Shown here: one piece after another, positions 35,146 through 45,712 of the stretch
Layout: each line of letters opens with the position of its first letter
Position numbering within the stretch: position 1 is the first letter of the stretch
From: Phaeocystidibacter marisrubri
Lineage (GTDB): Bacteria > Bacteroidota > Bacteroidia > Flavobacteriales > Schleiferiaceae
Length of the DNA: 64,000 nt
Reading direction: 5' to 3'
NCBI RefSeq assembly: GCF_008933165.1
Contig: NZ_WBVQ01000002.1
Coordinates: forward strand, 207,569-271,568
Notes under the pieces: generated by a model
The model's input: only the letters and a program-made list of their open reading frames with translations
Database searches by the model: none
What the model was told of the DNA's origin: nothing
Translations under genes and position numbers: made by a program

Positions 35146-37191
35146 TTATGATCCTCCAAACATTCGAGAAAGAAAGGTTCCCTTCTTCTCTTGTGAAGGC
35201 CAATAGTTATCTGAACGATCGGTATCTGCCGTTTCCAAATTGGGGTCGAGTTCAACGCGCTCAACCTCTTGGGAGAACGTAAATACTTTCTTGAAACTCT
35301 TCTCACTCTTCAGCCAGATTTCAGCGGGCATTCGCATATCTACCGTAGTCCCGTCTTCTAGCGTGAACTTCAAGATCACAGGCATAACCAAGCCACCTTG
35401 ATTTTCAAAAGTCAATTGAACCAAGTGGAGTTCGCTGCCATTCTCCATCTCCACTTTCTGTGCTTCGAAATCTGTAATGCTGATATCGACGTGATTAGTG
35501 GTGTAGAACCAACCTCTCCAGAACCAGTCTAGATCTACGGCTGAAGCATCTTCCATGGTACGGAAGAAGTCCGCAGGAGTAGGATGCTTGAACGCCCAAC
35601 GCTCGGCATACACTTTAAAGGCATAGTCGAACAACTCTGGTCCCAGAATGGTCTCTCTAAGAATGTTGAGCGCTGTAGCGGGCTTGCCGTAAGCATTGTT
35701 TCCAAATTGTAAGATGCTTTCTGAGTTTGTCATGATAGGCATCATTCCGGCTACATCGCCTTCCATGTAAGGAACGATACTCGCCGCAGGCCCCCTTCTT
35801 GAAGGATAATTCTCTTCAAACTCCTGTTCTGCCAAGTACTGCATAAAGGTATTCAAACCTTCATCCATCCAAGTCCACTGACGCTCATCGCTGTTCACAA
35901 TCATCGGGAAGAAGTTGTGACCTACCTCGTGAATAACCACACTGATCAATCCATATTTGGTGGCATCAGAGTAGGTCCCATCGGCATGAGGACGATAGCC
36001 GTTGAAACAAATCATTGGGTATTCCATTCCAATTCGGTCGGTGTGTACTGAAATGGCCTTCTCGTAAGGATAATCTATAGTGTGCTTGCTGTATACTTCC
36101 AAAGTGGTTGCCACGGCACGGGTGCTGTACTCTTCCCAAAGTGGATTCCCCTCTTTTGGATAGTAGCTCATCGCCATAACCGTTCTACCATTGATGTCCA
36201 CTCCCATGGCATCCCAAATGAACTTACGACTGGATGCGAAGGCAAAATCTCTCACATTCTCAGCGTGGAAAACCCAAGTCTTCTCTTTGGAGGTTTTCTC
36301 TTTCTCATTGGCGATCGCCTCCTCTTGGGAAATGATGATGGTTGGAGTTTCCTTGTTATCCGCTGCCACTTTCAAAAGCTCCAATTGCTTTGAAGTGAGA
36401 ACCTCATCTTCATTCATCAACGTTCCAGTTGCTGCAACAATGTGATCTGCAGGAACGGTTAACTCTACTTCGTAATCTCCAAAGGGTAGTGTGAACTCCC
36501 CGCTTCCGAGGAATTGCTTATTCTGCCATCCATCCACATCGTTGTAAACGGCCATTCTCGGGAAGAACTGCGCCAAAGTGTAGATGTAATTGTCTTCTTC
36601 TTCAAAATACTCATATCCCGATCTTCCACCGAGTTTCATGCGGTCATTGATCAAGTACCACCAATCCACATTGAAGGTAATCGACTCACCACTTTGAAGC
36701 GGTTTATCCAAATCCAAACGCATCATGGTGTTCACGATAGTGTAGGGAATGTCAGTACTATCCGTACCCACTTTCTCAATGTGAAAACCACCTGGGAAAT
36801 TCCAGAACAAGTGACGAATATCCGACACTCGACCATCGGAATACAACTGAGGTTTTGCAATTTGATTGGTCATGCTGCTAGGTGCGCGCATGTTTTGATC
36901 CAATTGCAACCAGAGGTATTCTAGTGGGTCTGGACTGTTGTTCGTATATGTAATTTCCTCCTTGCCATCTACGCGCTGCTCTTCATCATTTAGATGAATT
37001 TGCATGCGGTAATCTGCTTTTTGTTGATAGTATTCATGACCTGGGGCCCCTGCTCCATTTCGGTATACGTTTGGAGTGGGAAGTTCTTGTCCCAATTGTC
37101 TGAACAAACTCTGATTGGTATTCTCTTGTGCCGTTGCAAATAGAGCAGCAACGCCCAATACCGCGGAGAGGATTCGGTTTAATTTCATCAA
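35146..37191 (-). CDS. M1-family zinc metallopeptidase (aminopeptidase N-like)
   Basis: A signal peptide is followed by …VIHEVGHNFF…WMDEGLNTF…, which is the M1 zinc-binding HExxH-x18-E signature. Confidence 0.85.
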   Translation of the reverse strand: MMKLNRILSAVLGVAALFATAQENTNQSLFRQLGQELPTPNVYRNGAGAPGHEYYQQKADYRMQIHLNDEEQRVDGKEEITYTNNSPDPLEYLWLQLDQNMRAPSSMTNQIAKPQLYSDGRVSDIRHLFWNFPGGFHIEKVGTDSTDIPYTIVNTMMRLDLDKPLQSGESITFNVDWWYLINDRMKLGGRSGYEYFEEEDNYIYTLAQFFPRMAVYNDVDGWQNKQFLGSGEFTLPFGDYEVELTVPADHIVAATGTLMNEDEVLTSKQLELLKVAADNKETPTIIISQEEAIANEKEKTSKEKTWVFHAENVRDFAFASSRKFIWDAMGVDINGRTVMAMSYYPKEGNPLWEEYSTRAVATTLEVYSKHTIDYPYEKAISVHTDRIGMEYPMICFNGYRPHADGTYSDATKYGLISVVIHEVGHNFFPMIVNSDERQWTWMDEGLNTFMQYLAEQEFEENYPSRRGPAASIVPYMEGDVAGMMPIMTNSESILQFGNNAYGKPATALNILRETILGPELFDYAFKVYAERWAFKHPTPADFFRTMEDASAVDLDWFWRGWFYTTNHVDISITDFEAQKVEMENGSELHLVQLTFENQGGLVMPVILKFTLEDGTTVDMRMPAEIWLKSEKSFKKVFTFSQEVERVELDPNLETADTDRSDNYWPSQEKKGTFLSRMFGGS

Positions 37192-37210
37192 ACAGAAAGT
37201 TTACTAAGTT

Positions 37211-37786
37211 CTAAAACGGCCAGGTCTGAATCATCAAATAGACCGCAATACCGCTCACTAGACCCGAATTAAAAATGTTCCAGTCACGTAGCTTAAGGCG
37301 CATGAAATTATGAAGAATAGCTGTAATGAGCAGCACCAAGAAGACAATTAGTAATTGGCCAACCTCTACTCCCAGACCAAATGGAAGCAAATATCCCCAT
37401 GTATCGGCATCGCCCATGGTCATCATTCGATAGAAGTTTGAAAAGCCCAAACCGTGAACCAAACCAAACAAAAGTGCGATGAATATGCGGAGATTGTTCT
37501 TGGGGTTTTGACCAACGGGCATCAAGTTGACAAGGCCTGTAATGAGAATGGTGACTGGAATTAAGAACTCTACCAGTCCGGCATTGACAGAGATGACATC
37601 CATAGCAGCCAATACCAAAGTGACGGTATGCCCCACAGTAAATGCCGTTACCACACCGAGTAGTCTTCCCCAGTGTTTGAATTGATAAATGGCGGTTAGC
37701 CCCAATAAAAAGAGGATGTGATCCATCCCATTCAAATCGGTGATATGCTCGTAGCCCAGCCGGAAGTACAATTCAAAATCGTTCAT
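37211..37786 (-). CDS. HupE/UreJ-family membrane protein
   Basis: It is a polytopic protein with the GMDHILFLLGL motif and an HTVT motif. Confidence 0.7.
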   Translation of the reverse strand: MNDFELYFRLGYEHITDLNGMDHILFLLGLTAIYQFKHWGRLLGVVTAFTVGHTVTLVLAAMDVISVNAGLVEFLIPVTILITGLVNLMPVGQNPKNNLRIFIALLFGLVHGLGFSNFYRMMTMGDADTWGYLLPFGLGVEVGQLLIVFLVLLITAILHNFMRLKLRDWNIFNSGLVSGIAVYLMIQTWPF

Positions 37787-37794
37787 AAGCGCAG

Positions 37795-38295
37795 TTAGAT
37801 TGATATCTGTTGAATTTGCTGGTCAGCATCAAAACGGTAGGAAAGTCGACCATCCCCCAGTCCCACCTTGAGAATATTGATTTGATGAGGAAAATAATCC
37901 ATCAAAACCTTGTGTTGAACTTGAATCTTTTGGCCGGAATTCAAATCGTCCGACTCCAGATACACAATCACTGCGTTGGCATCTCCCTCTACTCCTTTTA
38001 AGTCGTAATCCAACTTCTTCCCATCCTGACCCCAAATGGCAAAATGAGATTCAATATAGTTCTCAATGAATTCTTCGGCATCATCGTCATTCAGAACATC
38101 AATTTGGATTTCTTCGGATTGCTCAAGGGCGTATTCCAAATCATCCGTAAATAATTGCATGGCTATTTCAAGATGTTCAGAATCTGCATTCAGAACCATC
38201 TCCCCCACACTGACATAGTACTCGTGTTTGTGTGTAAACGATGCACTGATGATGGCGCAACCCAGTGCGAGGGCGATGTTCTTACTTTGCTTCAT
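37795..38295 (-). CDS. Hypothetical lipoprotein (DUF6702-like neighbour of HupE)
   Basis: The lipobox (…ALALGCAIIS) is followed by an acidic region. The start is the internal ATG at 38293-38295. Confidence 0.45.
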   Translation of the reverse strand: MKQSKNIALALGCAIISASFTHKHEYYVSVGEMVLNADSEHLEIAMQLFTDDLEYALEQSEEIQIDVLNDDDAEEFIENYIESHFAIWGQDGKKLDYDLKGVEGDANAVIVYLESDDLNSGQKIQVQHKVLMDYFPHQINILKVGLGDGRLSYRFDADQQIQQISI

Positions 38296-38378
38296 GGCGG
38301 GCAAGGTAGCATAAATCATAGATAGGTTTGAACGGAATTTCTGACGTACTCGTTATACTTGTTGCTACATTTATGACC

Positions 38379-39656
38379 ATGAAACAGCTTACTCTACTCC
38401 TTTCGATCTGTCTTTCAACTCTGTTGCACTCGCAAACAGCCGTGTTGATAAAAGAAGCTCCGGCATATCCATTTGGCCCTTGTGAGCCATCCATCGCCAT
38501 TAGCCTCAGCAATCCAGATGTGCTGGTTGCAGGTAGTATACTCGACCGCGTTTATTACTCCAAAGACGGCGGTAAAACTTGGACAACCGATGATCTTGAA
38601 AGTCCACATGGCGTGTGGGGAGACCCCGTTGTGATCAGCGATACCAATGGTCGATTCTTGTTTTTCCATTTGAGCGACCCCGATGGTAAAAACTGGAGTA
38701 GCCCTAAAATCTTGGATCGCATTGTTTGTCAGTGGAGCGACAATGGTGGTGAAGATTGGAGTGAAGGAAGTTACATGGGGTTGAATCATCCCAAAGACCA
38801 AGACAAAGAATGGGCAGCGGTGGATTTAAATACCAATGCCGTGTACTGCACATGGACGCAGTTTGACACCTATGGATCTAAAGACTCCAGCGAATTCTCC
38901 AATATCTTGTTTGCTCGAAGTGACGATGGCGGAGAGTCTTGGAGTGAGGCCATTCAGATTAATGAGCTGAGTGGCAATTGTATTGATGACGATCAAACCA
39001 CTGAAGGAGCAGTCCCAGCAGTTGGACCCAATGGTGAGATATACGTTGCTTGGGCCTATGATGAAAAAATTTACTTTGATCATTCCTTTGACGGAGGAAA
39101 GACCTGGAGGGAGCACGATGTAACGGTTGCCGACCAGCCTGGAGGTTGGACTGTAAACATCCCCGGATTGAACCGAAGCAATGGAATGCCCATTACCGCA
39201 GCCGATGCTTCCAATGGAGAATACAGTGGTCGAGTTTACGTGTGTTGGGCCGATTTGCGCAATGGAGAAACCGACATGGACATTTGGATTGCCCATAGCT
39301 CTGACAGCGGTAACACGTGGACCGAACCTATCCGTGTAAATGGAGACACGACACATACCATGCAATTCCTTCCATGGATGACTGTAGACCCAATCACGGG
39401 TCACGTACACGCTGTGTACTACGATCGTCGCAACCACAACGATGCAAAAACCGATGTCATTGTAGCCACATCAACCGATGGAGGAAATACTTGGACCGAA
39501 CAATTTGTCAACGATGAAAGCTTCTTGCCTCTAGAATTTGTATTCTTTGGTGATTACAACGACATCGATGCCTACAATGGTCGTGTACGACCTATATGGA
39601 CCGAGTTCCGCAATGGGAAGTTACAGGTGTGGACGGCTTTATTAGAGGGGAAATAG
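38379..39656 (+). CDS. BNR/Asp-box repeat sialidase-like exported protein
   Basis: A signal peptide is followed by six Asp-boxes (SKDGGKTW, SDNGGEDW, SDDGGESW, SFDGGKTW, SSDSGNTW, STDGGNTW). Confidence 0.7.
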   Translation: MKQLTLLLSICLSTLLHSQTAVLIKEAPAYPFGPCEPSIAISLSNPDVLVAGSILDRVYYSKDGGKTWTTDDLESPHGVWGDPVVISDTNGRFLFFHLSDPDGKNWSSPKILDRIVCQWSDNGGEDWSEGSYMGLNHPKDQDKEWAAVDLNTNAVYCTWTQFDTYGSKDSSEFSNILFARSDDGGESWSEAIQINELSGNCIDDDQTTEGAVPAVGPNGEIYVAWAYDEKIYFDHSFDGGKTWREHDVTVADQPGGWTVNIPGLNRSNGMPITAADASNGEYSGRVYVCWADLRNGETDMDIWIAHSSDSGNTWTEPIRVNGDTTHTMQFLPWMTVDPITGHVHAVYYDRRNHNDAKTDVIVATSTDGGNTWTEQFVNDESFLPLEFVFFGDYNDIDAYNGRVRPIWTEFRNGKLQVWTALLEGK

Positions 39657-39751
39657 TTCTGAAACCGTCTGCTACAGAGTGAATGATTTCGACGAATGAA
39701 CATAGATTTATTCCTAAGTTTGGTTCATTAATCACAAATCTGTAACCAGAC

Positions 39752-41335
39752 ATGAAATTACTTCGCTCTCTGATTGTGCTTTTAATCGTTAGCACAAGAC
39801 TTTACTCACAGCAAGATGACCCGCTTGCCAATTACAACATGAACCTTACCTGGGGGCCCTTGATTGAGATGGATGATGTCTCCACTACCGACATCATCTT
39901 TGTGGATCACGAGTACATCTACCTAAAGGCTTACACTTCACCAGGTCTATTTTCCACAGGCACTCTAATACTCTCAAAATTCGACAAAGATTCTCACAAG
40001 CTGTATTGGTCAATGGAAGTCGAAGACCACCCTGAATACCTTGGAAAAGAATGTCATTTGGTTGACATCCGTGTTGAAAATGGCGAATTCCACCTTATCT
40101 ACTGGAATCACAACAAGAGAAAAAACGAGACTTATATTTTCAGATCTATCATCTCTGAAGATGGGCAGTTTGGAGAACTTGATTTCATTACCACCATTCA
40201 TACCGATGACGATGATGAAGGATCTTACTCTGTTTACCGCGACAGAAATAGCAATAAGACGCTCGTGCTCACCACTCATCAATTCGAAGAAGAGGAAGAC
40301 AATCGCATTACCAATCTTGATATACTCGACAGCAATCTGAACTCACAGTTTCACTTAGAAATTGAATTTCCTTTCTCGTACGAGTACAGTACTTTAAAAG
40401 ACGCTTCGCTTACTAAAAATGGGAATATCATTCTGTTTGTATCCGTAAAATCAGACAAAGATAGAGGCGACGTAATAATTGATGACGCCCCGAATAAAAA
40501 ATGGTTATTCTTTCAAATTGACACCAAAACCAATGAGATTTTCGAAGTCGATTTAGGACTGAGTGAATACTACGTGAACAGCGCCGAATTGAACCAAGAC
40601 AATGAGAACAACATTTTCTACGTCGCCGGAATGTATGGAGTTGACCGCTACGACAGAAACTCAGGCACCTTCTTTATTAGTCTTGATCAAGACAGCTTGA
40701 CCGTAAAGGGAAAGACCGTTGCCGAATTCGACAATGAAACACGTCTTCACTACATGGATGAAGATGATATTGAAGATGGTGACGAAGTGAGAAGACCCTT
40801 CAAACTGCGGAATACGATCAAACGAGAAGATGGAGGTATCGTTGTAATCTTTGAAATTTATGAGGTTCATGCATATACAAGAACAGACGGAAGAGGTAAT
40901 ACTACTGTCTACTACACTTACGATTACGGCGATTTGTTGGTACAAAACATTGACCCTAATGGAGATATAGCTTGGACATCTGTCATTCCTAAGAGATATG
41001 ATAAAACTAATCCAAACTTCGGAGGATTCCAGACCATTGTGTTCGATGATAAATTGCACATCCTTTATTTGGATGATGAAGACAACATAGAATATTGGTC
41101 AGGCGAAGACGACGACATTCATGAAGCGAGAATCACAAGTTCTGTGATTGCCATGGTAACCATGGACCTACAAGGGAACATGACCTATCAAGTCATTGAT
41201 GAAACGGAAGACGACGATGATCTATGCTACCGCCCTAGGGGAAGTTGCCAAGTCTACAAAGGCAACGGCGAAGCTATTTGGATCCGATCAAGTGGAGATG
41301 AGTTTAGATTCGGAAACTTCAAAGCTTTTAACTAA
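39752..41335 (+). CDS. Acidic secreted hypothetical protein of 527 aa
   Basis: A signal peptide is followed by Asp/Glu-rich runs (DDDDEGS, EEEEDN, DEDDIEDGDE, GEDDDIHE, ETEDDDDL). I recognise no domain. Confidence 0.45.
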   Translation: MKLLRSLIVLLIVSTRLYSQQDDPLANYNMNLTWGPLIEMDDVSTTDIIFVDHEYIYLKAYTSPGLFSTGTLILSKFDKDSHKLYWSMEVEDHPEYLGKECHLVDIRVENGEFHLIYWNHNKRKNETYIFRSIISEDGQFGELDFITTIHTDDDDEGSYSVYRDRNSNKTLVLTTHQFEEEEDNRITNLDILDSNLNSQFHLEIEFPFSYEYSTLKDASLTKNGNIILFVSVKSDKDRGDVIIDDAPNKKWLFFQIDTKTNEIFEVDLGLSEYYVNSAELNQDNENNIFYVAGMYGVDRYDRNSGTFFISLDQDSLTVKGKTVAEFDNETRLHYMDEDDIEDGDEVRRPFKLRNTIKREDGGIVVIFEIYEVHAYTRTDGRGNTTVYYTYDYGDLLVQNIDPNGDIAWTSVIPKRYDKTNPNFGGFQTIVFDDKLHILYLDDEDNIEYWSGEDDDIHEARITSSVIAMVTMDLQGNMTYQVIDETEDDDDLCYRPRGSCQVYKGNGEAIWIRSSGDEFRFGNFKAFN

Positions 41336-41352
41336 ATCACATCATACCCCAA

Positions 41353-41396
41353 TAAAAAAGAGGTTGTCTCAACTTTTGAGACAACCTCTTTTTTTG
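41353..41396. terminator. Bidirectional rho-independent terminator
   Basis: A 13-bp stem AGAGGTTGTCTCA/TGAGACAACCTCT is followed by a T-run, with an A-run upstream. Confidence 0.7.
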
Positions 41397-41415
41397 TTGA
41401 GCCCAATTGTAGCTT

Positions 41416-42102
41416 CTAGTTGTTAAATACATATCCCAAGGACAATCCAAATTTCACAAAGTATGTTCCGTCCTCAATATCATTGACTTGAGAAGTAGAT
41501 CGGTTGTAAATCTCCCCATTAATAAAACGAATACCTCCAGATATAAATCCTTCCAAAACAACAACATCTCCAATAACAATGGAAGTTCCGTACGACAAAT
41601 ACAAGTCGCTATAAACCGCGCTAATTTCCTCAGGATAAGGCTCGTAAGAATCTTCTCTAAGGACATTATACGATCTTCTCATAAAGCCAATACCATAAAA
41701 CATCGCATTATCTTCTAAGGCATCATCATTATAATACCTCGGTTCTATGTTAAATGAGAAACCGGTTCCATTTGACCCGCCTTTGTACATTCCGTTTACT
41801 TCCATGACCGATGCCAAGTAGTTTCCTTCTTGAGAGGTAATACCAAGACCTCCTCCAATAGTGAAATCATCTATGAAGCGGTATTCGCCATTTACCATGT
41901 AGTTACCGTACAATATCTCAGATGCAGCTAATTTGATGGCGATAGGATAGGTTTTATGTGCCTGTCTTCTCTGACGTCCTTCCTGAATGGTTGACGTCCC
42001 GTCAGCACGTCTAACAACAACGCGTTGACCATAAATTTGAGCAGAGGCACCTAGAAAAATGACAAGCGTTATAATTCTTAGTAGAGAGAAAGAGTTTTTC
42101 AT
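41416..42102 (-). CDS. Small outer-membrane beta-barrel-like protein
   Basis: A signal peptide is followed by alternating hydrophobic, Gly/Tyr-rich strands, and the protein ends …LSLGYVFNN. Confidence 0.5.
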   Translation of the reverse strand: MKNSFSLLRIITLVIFLGASAQIYGQRVVVRRADGTSTIQEGRQRRQAHKTYPIAIKLAASEILYGNYMVNGEYRFIDDFTIGGGLGITSQEGNYLASVMEVNGMYKGGSNGTGFSFNIEPRYYNDDALEDNAMFYGIGFMRRSYNVLREDSYEPYPEEISAVYSDLYLSYGTSIVIGDVVVLEGFISGGIRFINGEIYNRSTSQVNDIEDGTYFVKFGLSLGYVFNN

Positions 42103-42270
42103 TGATTTTTATTTTGTTCAGACAAAGAAAGCAATTGTGATAGATAATTCCATGTGTAATTATCCTTTGTATCCATCTCATCCAATCTCTCTTTTTACGC
42201 ATTAACATTGGGTCAATTTCCGCAAGCCGCTATCTTTACAGCTACTTCCAACGCAAGACATGACTTTGAC

Positions 42271-42969
42271 ATGAGACTTCTCATTGTATCCACTTCATCC
42301 ATCCACGGTAAACCTTACCTCTCCTACCTAAAGGAAGAGGTGAGTTCATTCTTTAAGGGAAAAAACATCTTGTTCATCCCATATGCTCGTCCAGGTGGAA
42401 TAACTTGGGACGAATACACCGAGAAAGCAACCGAGCGATTTACAGAATGGGGATACACTATGCGAGGTATTCACACTTTTGAAAATCACACAGAGGCTCT
42501 CAATTGGGCGGAAGGAGTCTTTACTGGTGGAGGCAATACTTTTGTACTAGTTAAAACCTTGTACGATCTTGGAGTGATGGCCGATTTAAAATCTGCCGTT
42601 GAAGATGGTTTACCTTACATGGGTTCTAGCGCTGGATCTAACTTGACGGGACTTACGGTGAGAACAACTAACGATATGCCCATCGTTTACCCTCCGAGCT
42701 TTGACGCCCTTGGACTGGTACCTTTCAACATCAATCCACATTATTTGGACCCCGACCCTTCTTCTACTCACATGGGTGAAACGCGTGAAACACGCATCAA
42801 TGAGTTCCATCACTTCAATGAACAGCCTGTGGTTGGCCTTAGAGAAGGTTCTTGGCTTCGAAGGGAAGGAGATAAACTTGAATTGAAAGGCGAACTTACG
42901 GCACGACTTTTTAGAAAAGGGGTTGCTGCCATAGAGCGTGCTCCAGGAGATTGGAGCGACTTACTTTAA
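42271..42969 (+). CDS. pepE: Dipeptidase E (peptidase S51)
   Basis: …LLIVSTSS…GKNILFIPYA… and an S51 catalytic Ser context (…GSSAGSN…). The start is the ATG at 42271. Confidence 0.7.
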   Translation: MRLLIVSTSSIHGKPYLSYLKEEVSSFFKGKNILFIPYARPGGITWDEYTEKATERFTEWGYTMRGIHTFENHTEALNWAEGVFTGGGNTFVLVKTLYDLGVMADLKSAVEDGLPYMGSSAGSNLTGLTVRTTNDMPIVYPPSFDALGLVPFNINPHYLDPDPSSTHMGETRETRINEFHHFNEQPVVGLREGSWLRREGDKLELKGELTARLFRKGVAAIERAPGDWSDLL

Positions 42970-42981
42970 AAAACATTCACT

Positions 42982-43662
42982 ATGAAATTTGCAGTTCTAT
43001 TGCACGGTTCGGGAGTGTATGACGGGACCGAGATTCAAGAGGCCGTTCTAACGCTACTCGCCATTGCGGAAAGAGGTCATACGTATCAGTGCGTTGCGCC
43101 GGACATCCAACAGCACCATGTGATTGATCACACCAATGGTTCTGAAATGGAAGAAACGAGAAATGTATTCGTAGAATCGGCGAGAATCGCGCGTGGAGAA
43201 ATTGTCAAACTCAGTGATTTTGATGCCAGTCCCTATGATGTGCTCATGATGCCCGGCGGATTTGGTACGGCTAAAAATTTTACCAAATGGGCCTTTGAAG
43301 GTCCAAATGGCCCGATCAATGAAAGTGTTAAAAACCTCATACTCGACTTCGTAAGCGCGGGGAAACCCATAGGTGCACTCTGTATGAGTCCAACTACTGT
43401 TGCAAAAGCACTTGAGGGGTCCAACTACCATTCAACGCTCTCGGTAGGCTCCACAGCAGAAGGATCTCCGTATGATATTGCGGCTATTAGCGGCGGTGTT
43501 GAAGCAACGGGGGCAAAATCTGAAATGAAAACTGTGAGAGAAGTGAGCGTGGACGAATCGAACAAAATCGTGTGTGCACCTTGCTATATGATGGACGCAA
43601 ACATCGTAGAGGTGAAGAAAAATATCGAACTTGCATTGGATAAAATTCTCGCTCTCATTTGA
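42982..43662 (+). CDS. elbB: Isoprenoid biosynthesis glyoxalase ElbB (DJ-1/PfpI family)
   Basis: MKFAVLLHGSGVYDGTEIQEAVLTLLAI…, a Cys in the …ALCMSP… context, and 226 aa, which fits ElbB. Confidence 0.8.
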   Translation: MKFAVLLHGSGVYDGTEIQEAVLTLLAIAERGHTYQCVAPDIQQHHVIDHTNGSEMEETRNVFVESARIARGEIVKLSDFDASPYDVLMMPGGFGTAKNFTKWAFEGPNGPINESVKNLILDFVSAGKPIGALCMSPTTVAKALEGSNYHSTLSVGSTAEGSPYDIAAISGGVEATGAKSEMKTVREVSVDESNKIVCAPCYMMDANIVEVKKNIELALDKILALI

Positions 43663-43712
43663 TCGCAACAGAACGAGATAGACGCGACCCTTTTAGTCCG
43701 AACAAAAACCTG

Positions 43713-43720
43713 TAATTTTG
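43713..43720 (+). promoter_or_regulatory. Putative -7 element TAATTTTG upstream of gpmI
   Basis: It matches TAnnTTTG, about 65 nt upstream of the gpmI ATG. Confidence 0.35.
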
Positions 43721-43787
43721 CAAACGCTTTGAACCACTATTGTTCAGGCGTTTTTTCATTGAAAAGGATATTGCCGTGAAGAAAACC

Positions 43788-45299
43788 ATGCTTATGATTC
43801 TAGACGGATGGGGTATTGCAAAAGACCCATCTGTTTCTGCTATTGACAAAGCGAATACTCCCTTTGTAGATAGCCTGTACACGAAATATCCAAACAACCG
43901 AATTGAAGCCTCTAGCCTGGATGTTGGTCTTCCCGAAGGCCAAATGGGAAACTCTGAGGTGGGACACATGAATCTCGGCGCAGGACGAGTGGTATTTCAA
44001 GACCTCGTTCGCATCAACAACGAAGTGGACAATGGCGGTCTTGCCGCAAATCCTGAACTCATCGCAGCCTTCGAACACGCCGAACAGCATCAGAGCAAAG
44101 TTCACCTCATCGGACTTCTAAGTGATGGCGGCGTTCACAGTCATATTAAGCATTTAAAGGGCCTTCTCAGCGCAGCTTCAGAGCGAGGTTTGCACAAGGT
44201 ATTTGTTCACGCTTTTACAGACGGTAGAGATACCGACCCGAAAGGTGGGAAGAAGTACGTGGAAGAACTCGAGAACCATATGGCAAAAACTACAGGCCAT
44301 ATTGCCAGCATTGTAGGAAGATATTTCGCGATGGATCGCGACAACCGTTGGGAGCGCGTAAAGAAAGCCTACGACCTCATGGTTCACGGCACAGGTGAGA
44401 GCTACGCTATGCCAGCCAAGGCTTTGGAAGACAGTTATGCCAATGGTGTAACCGACGAATTTATTGAACCTGTTGTGATAACCCGGAGTGGACAGCCATT
44501 GGCTACCATTGGCCCCAACGACGTTGTCATCTGTTTCAATTTTAGAACAGATAGAGGTCGACAAATTACACAAGCGCTTACCCAAAGAGCGTTTCCAGAA
44601 CAGAACATGGAGCCCTTGGACATCTATTATGTGACCATGGCTCGATACGATGACACCTTTAAAGGTGTTCACGTTCTCTACGAGAAAGAAAATCTCACCG
44701 AAACACTCGGAGAGGTTCTCGAAAAGGCGGGTAAAAAACAAATCCGGATTGCAGAAACAGAGAAGTATCCTCACGTAACCTTCTTCTTTTCCGGCGGTAG
44801 AGAAACGGAGTTCGAAGGAGAAAAACGCCTACTTTGCCCTTCTCCAAAGGTGGCTACCTACGACCTCCAGCCTGAGATGAGTGCCGCAGATATTCGCGAT
44901 GCTATCCTTCCCGAATTGGAAAGTGGTGAGGCCGATTTCATCTGTCTCAACTTTGCCAATCCAGATATGGTAGGTCATACAGGTAGTATGGAGGCCGCAA
45001 TCAAAGCGTGTGAAACGGTAGACAGTTGTGCTCAAGCTGTTGTGGAAGCTGGGTTGAAGAACGATTACACCTTCATTATCCTAGCGGATCACGGAAATGC
45101 TGATTGTATGATCAATCCAGATGGATCTCCGAATACGGCGCACACCACTCAACCCGTACCTGTTTTCCTTGTTGGGAATGATGTGGATAGTTATAAATTG
45201 AGTACCGGTAAACTGGGGGACATCGCTCCTACCCTCTTAGAATTGATGCAAATTGAACAGCCTAGCGCTATGACCGGCAAAAGCTTAATATCCAAATGA
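43788..45299 (+). CDS. gpmI: 2,3-bisphosphoglycerate-independent phosphoglycerate mutase
   Basis: …LMILDGWG…SEVGHMNLGAGR…, metal-binding motifs and a C-terminal …ADHGNAD…. Confidence 0.9.
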   Translation: MLMILDGWGIAKDPSVSAIDKANTPFVDSLYTKYPNNRIEASSLDVGLPEGQMGNSEVGHMNLGAGRVVFQDLVRINNEVDNGGLAANPELIAAFEHAEQHQSKVHLIGLLSDGGVHSHIKHLKGLLSAASERGLHKVFVHAFTDGRDTDPKGGKKYVEELENHMAKTTGHIASIVGRYFAMDRDNRWERVKKAYDLMVHGTGESYAMPAKALEDSYANGVTDEFIEPVVITRSGQPLATIGPNDVVICFNFRTDRGRQITQALTQRAFPEQNMEPLDIYYVTMARYDDTFKGVHVLYEKENLTETLGEVLEKAGKKQIRIAETEKYPHVTFFFSGGRETEFEGEKRLLCPSPKVATYDLQPEMSAADIRDAILPELESGEADFICLNFANPDMVGHTGSMEAAIKACETVDSCAQAVVEAGLKNDYTFIILADHGNADCMINPDGSPNTAHTTQPVPVFLVGNDVDSYKLSTGKLGDIAPTLLELMQIEQPSAMTGKSLISK

Positions 45300-45703
45300 T
45301 TCCAAAGTCCTTAATCATTGCGGTTGACTTCGACGGAACCATTGTTGAAGACGCCTATCCAAAGATTGGCAAACCTATGTTGTTTGCTTTCGAAACGCTG
45401 AAACAACTCGAAAAAGACGGTCATCGTCTCATCCTATGGACCTACAGAAACGGAAGGAAACTAGACCATGCCGTTGAATTTTGCAAAGAGAATGGGATTG
45501 AGTTCTACGCGGTGAACAAGAGTTATCCGAACGAAGACCCCACCGACAAAGATGTTCCTCGCAAATTGAACGCCGACATTTTTATTGACGATAGAAATGT
45601 GGGCGGATTCCCGGGCTGGGGAGAACTTTACCAGATGATTTCTAACCGTGAGTTAGAAGTGAAAACTAAAAAGAAAAAAGGCCTTTTTGGTCTTGGCAGA
45701 TAA
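45296..45703 (+). CDS. Small HAD-superfamily hydrolase-like protein
   Basis: HAD motif I is present as DFDGT (IIAVDFDGTIVED), with …ILWTYRNG… and a C-terminal …FIDDR…. Its start overlaps the gpmI stop codon. Confidence 0.5.
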   Translation: MIPKSLIIAVDFDGTIVEDAYPKIGKPMLFAFETLKQLEKDGHRLILWTYRNGRKLDHAVEFCKENGIEFYAVNKSYPNEDPTDKDVPRKLNADIFIDDRNVGGFPGWGELYQMISNRELEVKTKKKKGLFGLGR

Positions 45704-45712
45704 GCTGACCTT

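Noticed and set aside
38826-39437. A 203-aa ORF antisense to the BNR sialidase-like gene
   Set aside because: It overlaps a gene that has six clear Asp-box motifs on the plus strand, and I see no domain in it. It is probably an antisense artefact.
44178-44774. A 198-aa ORF antisense to gpmI
   Set aside because: It is inside the strongly supported gpmI coding region, so it is probably spurious.
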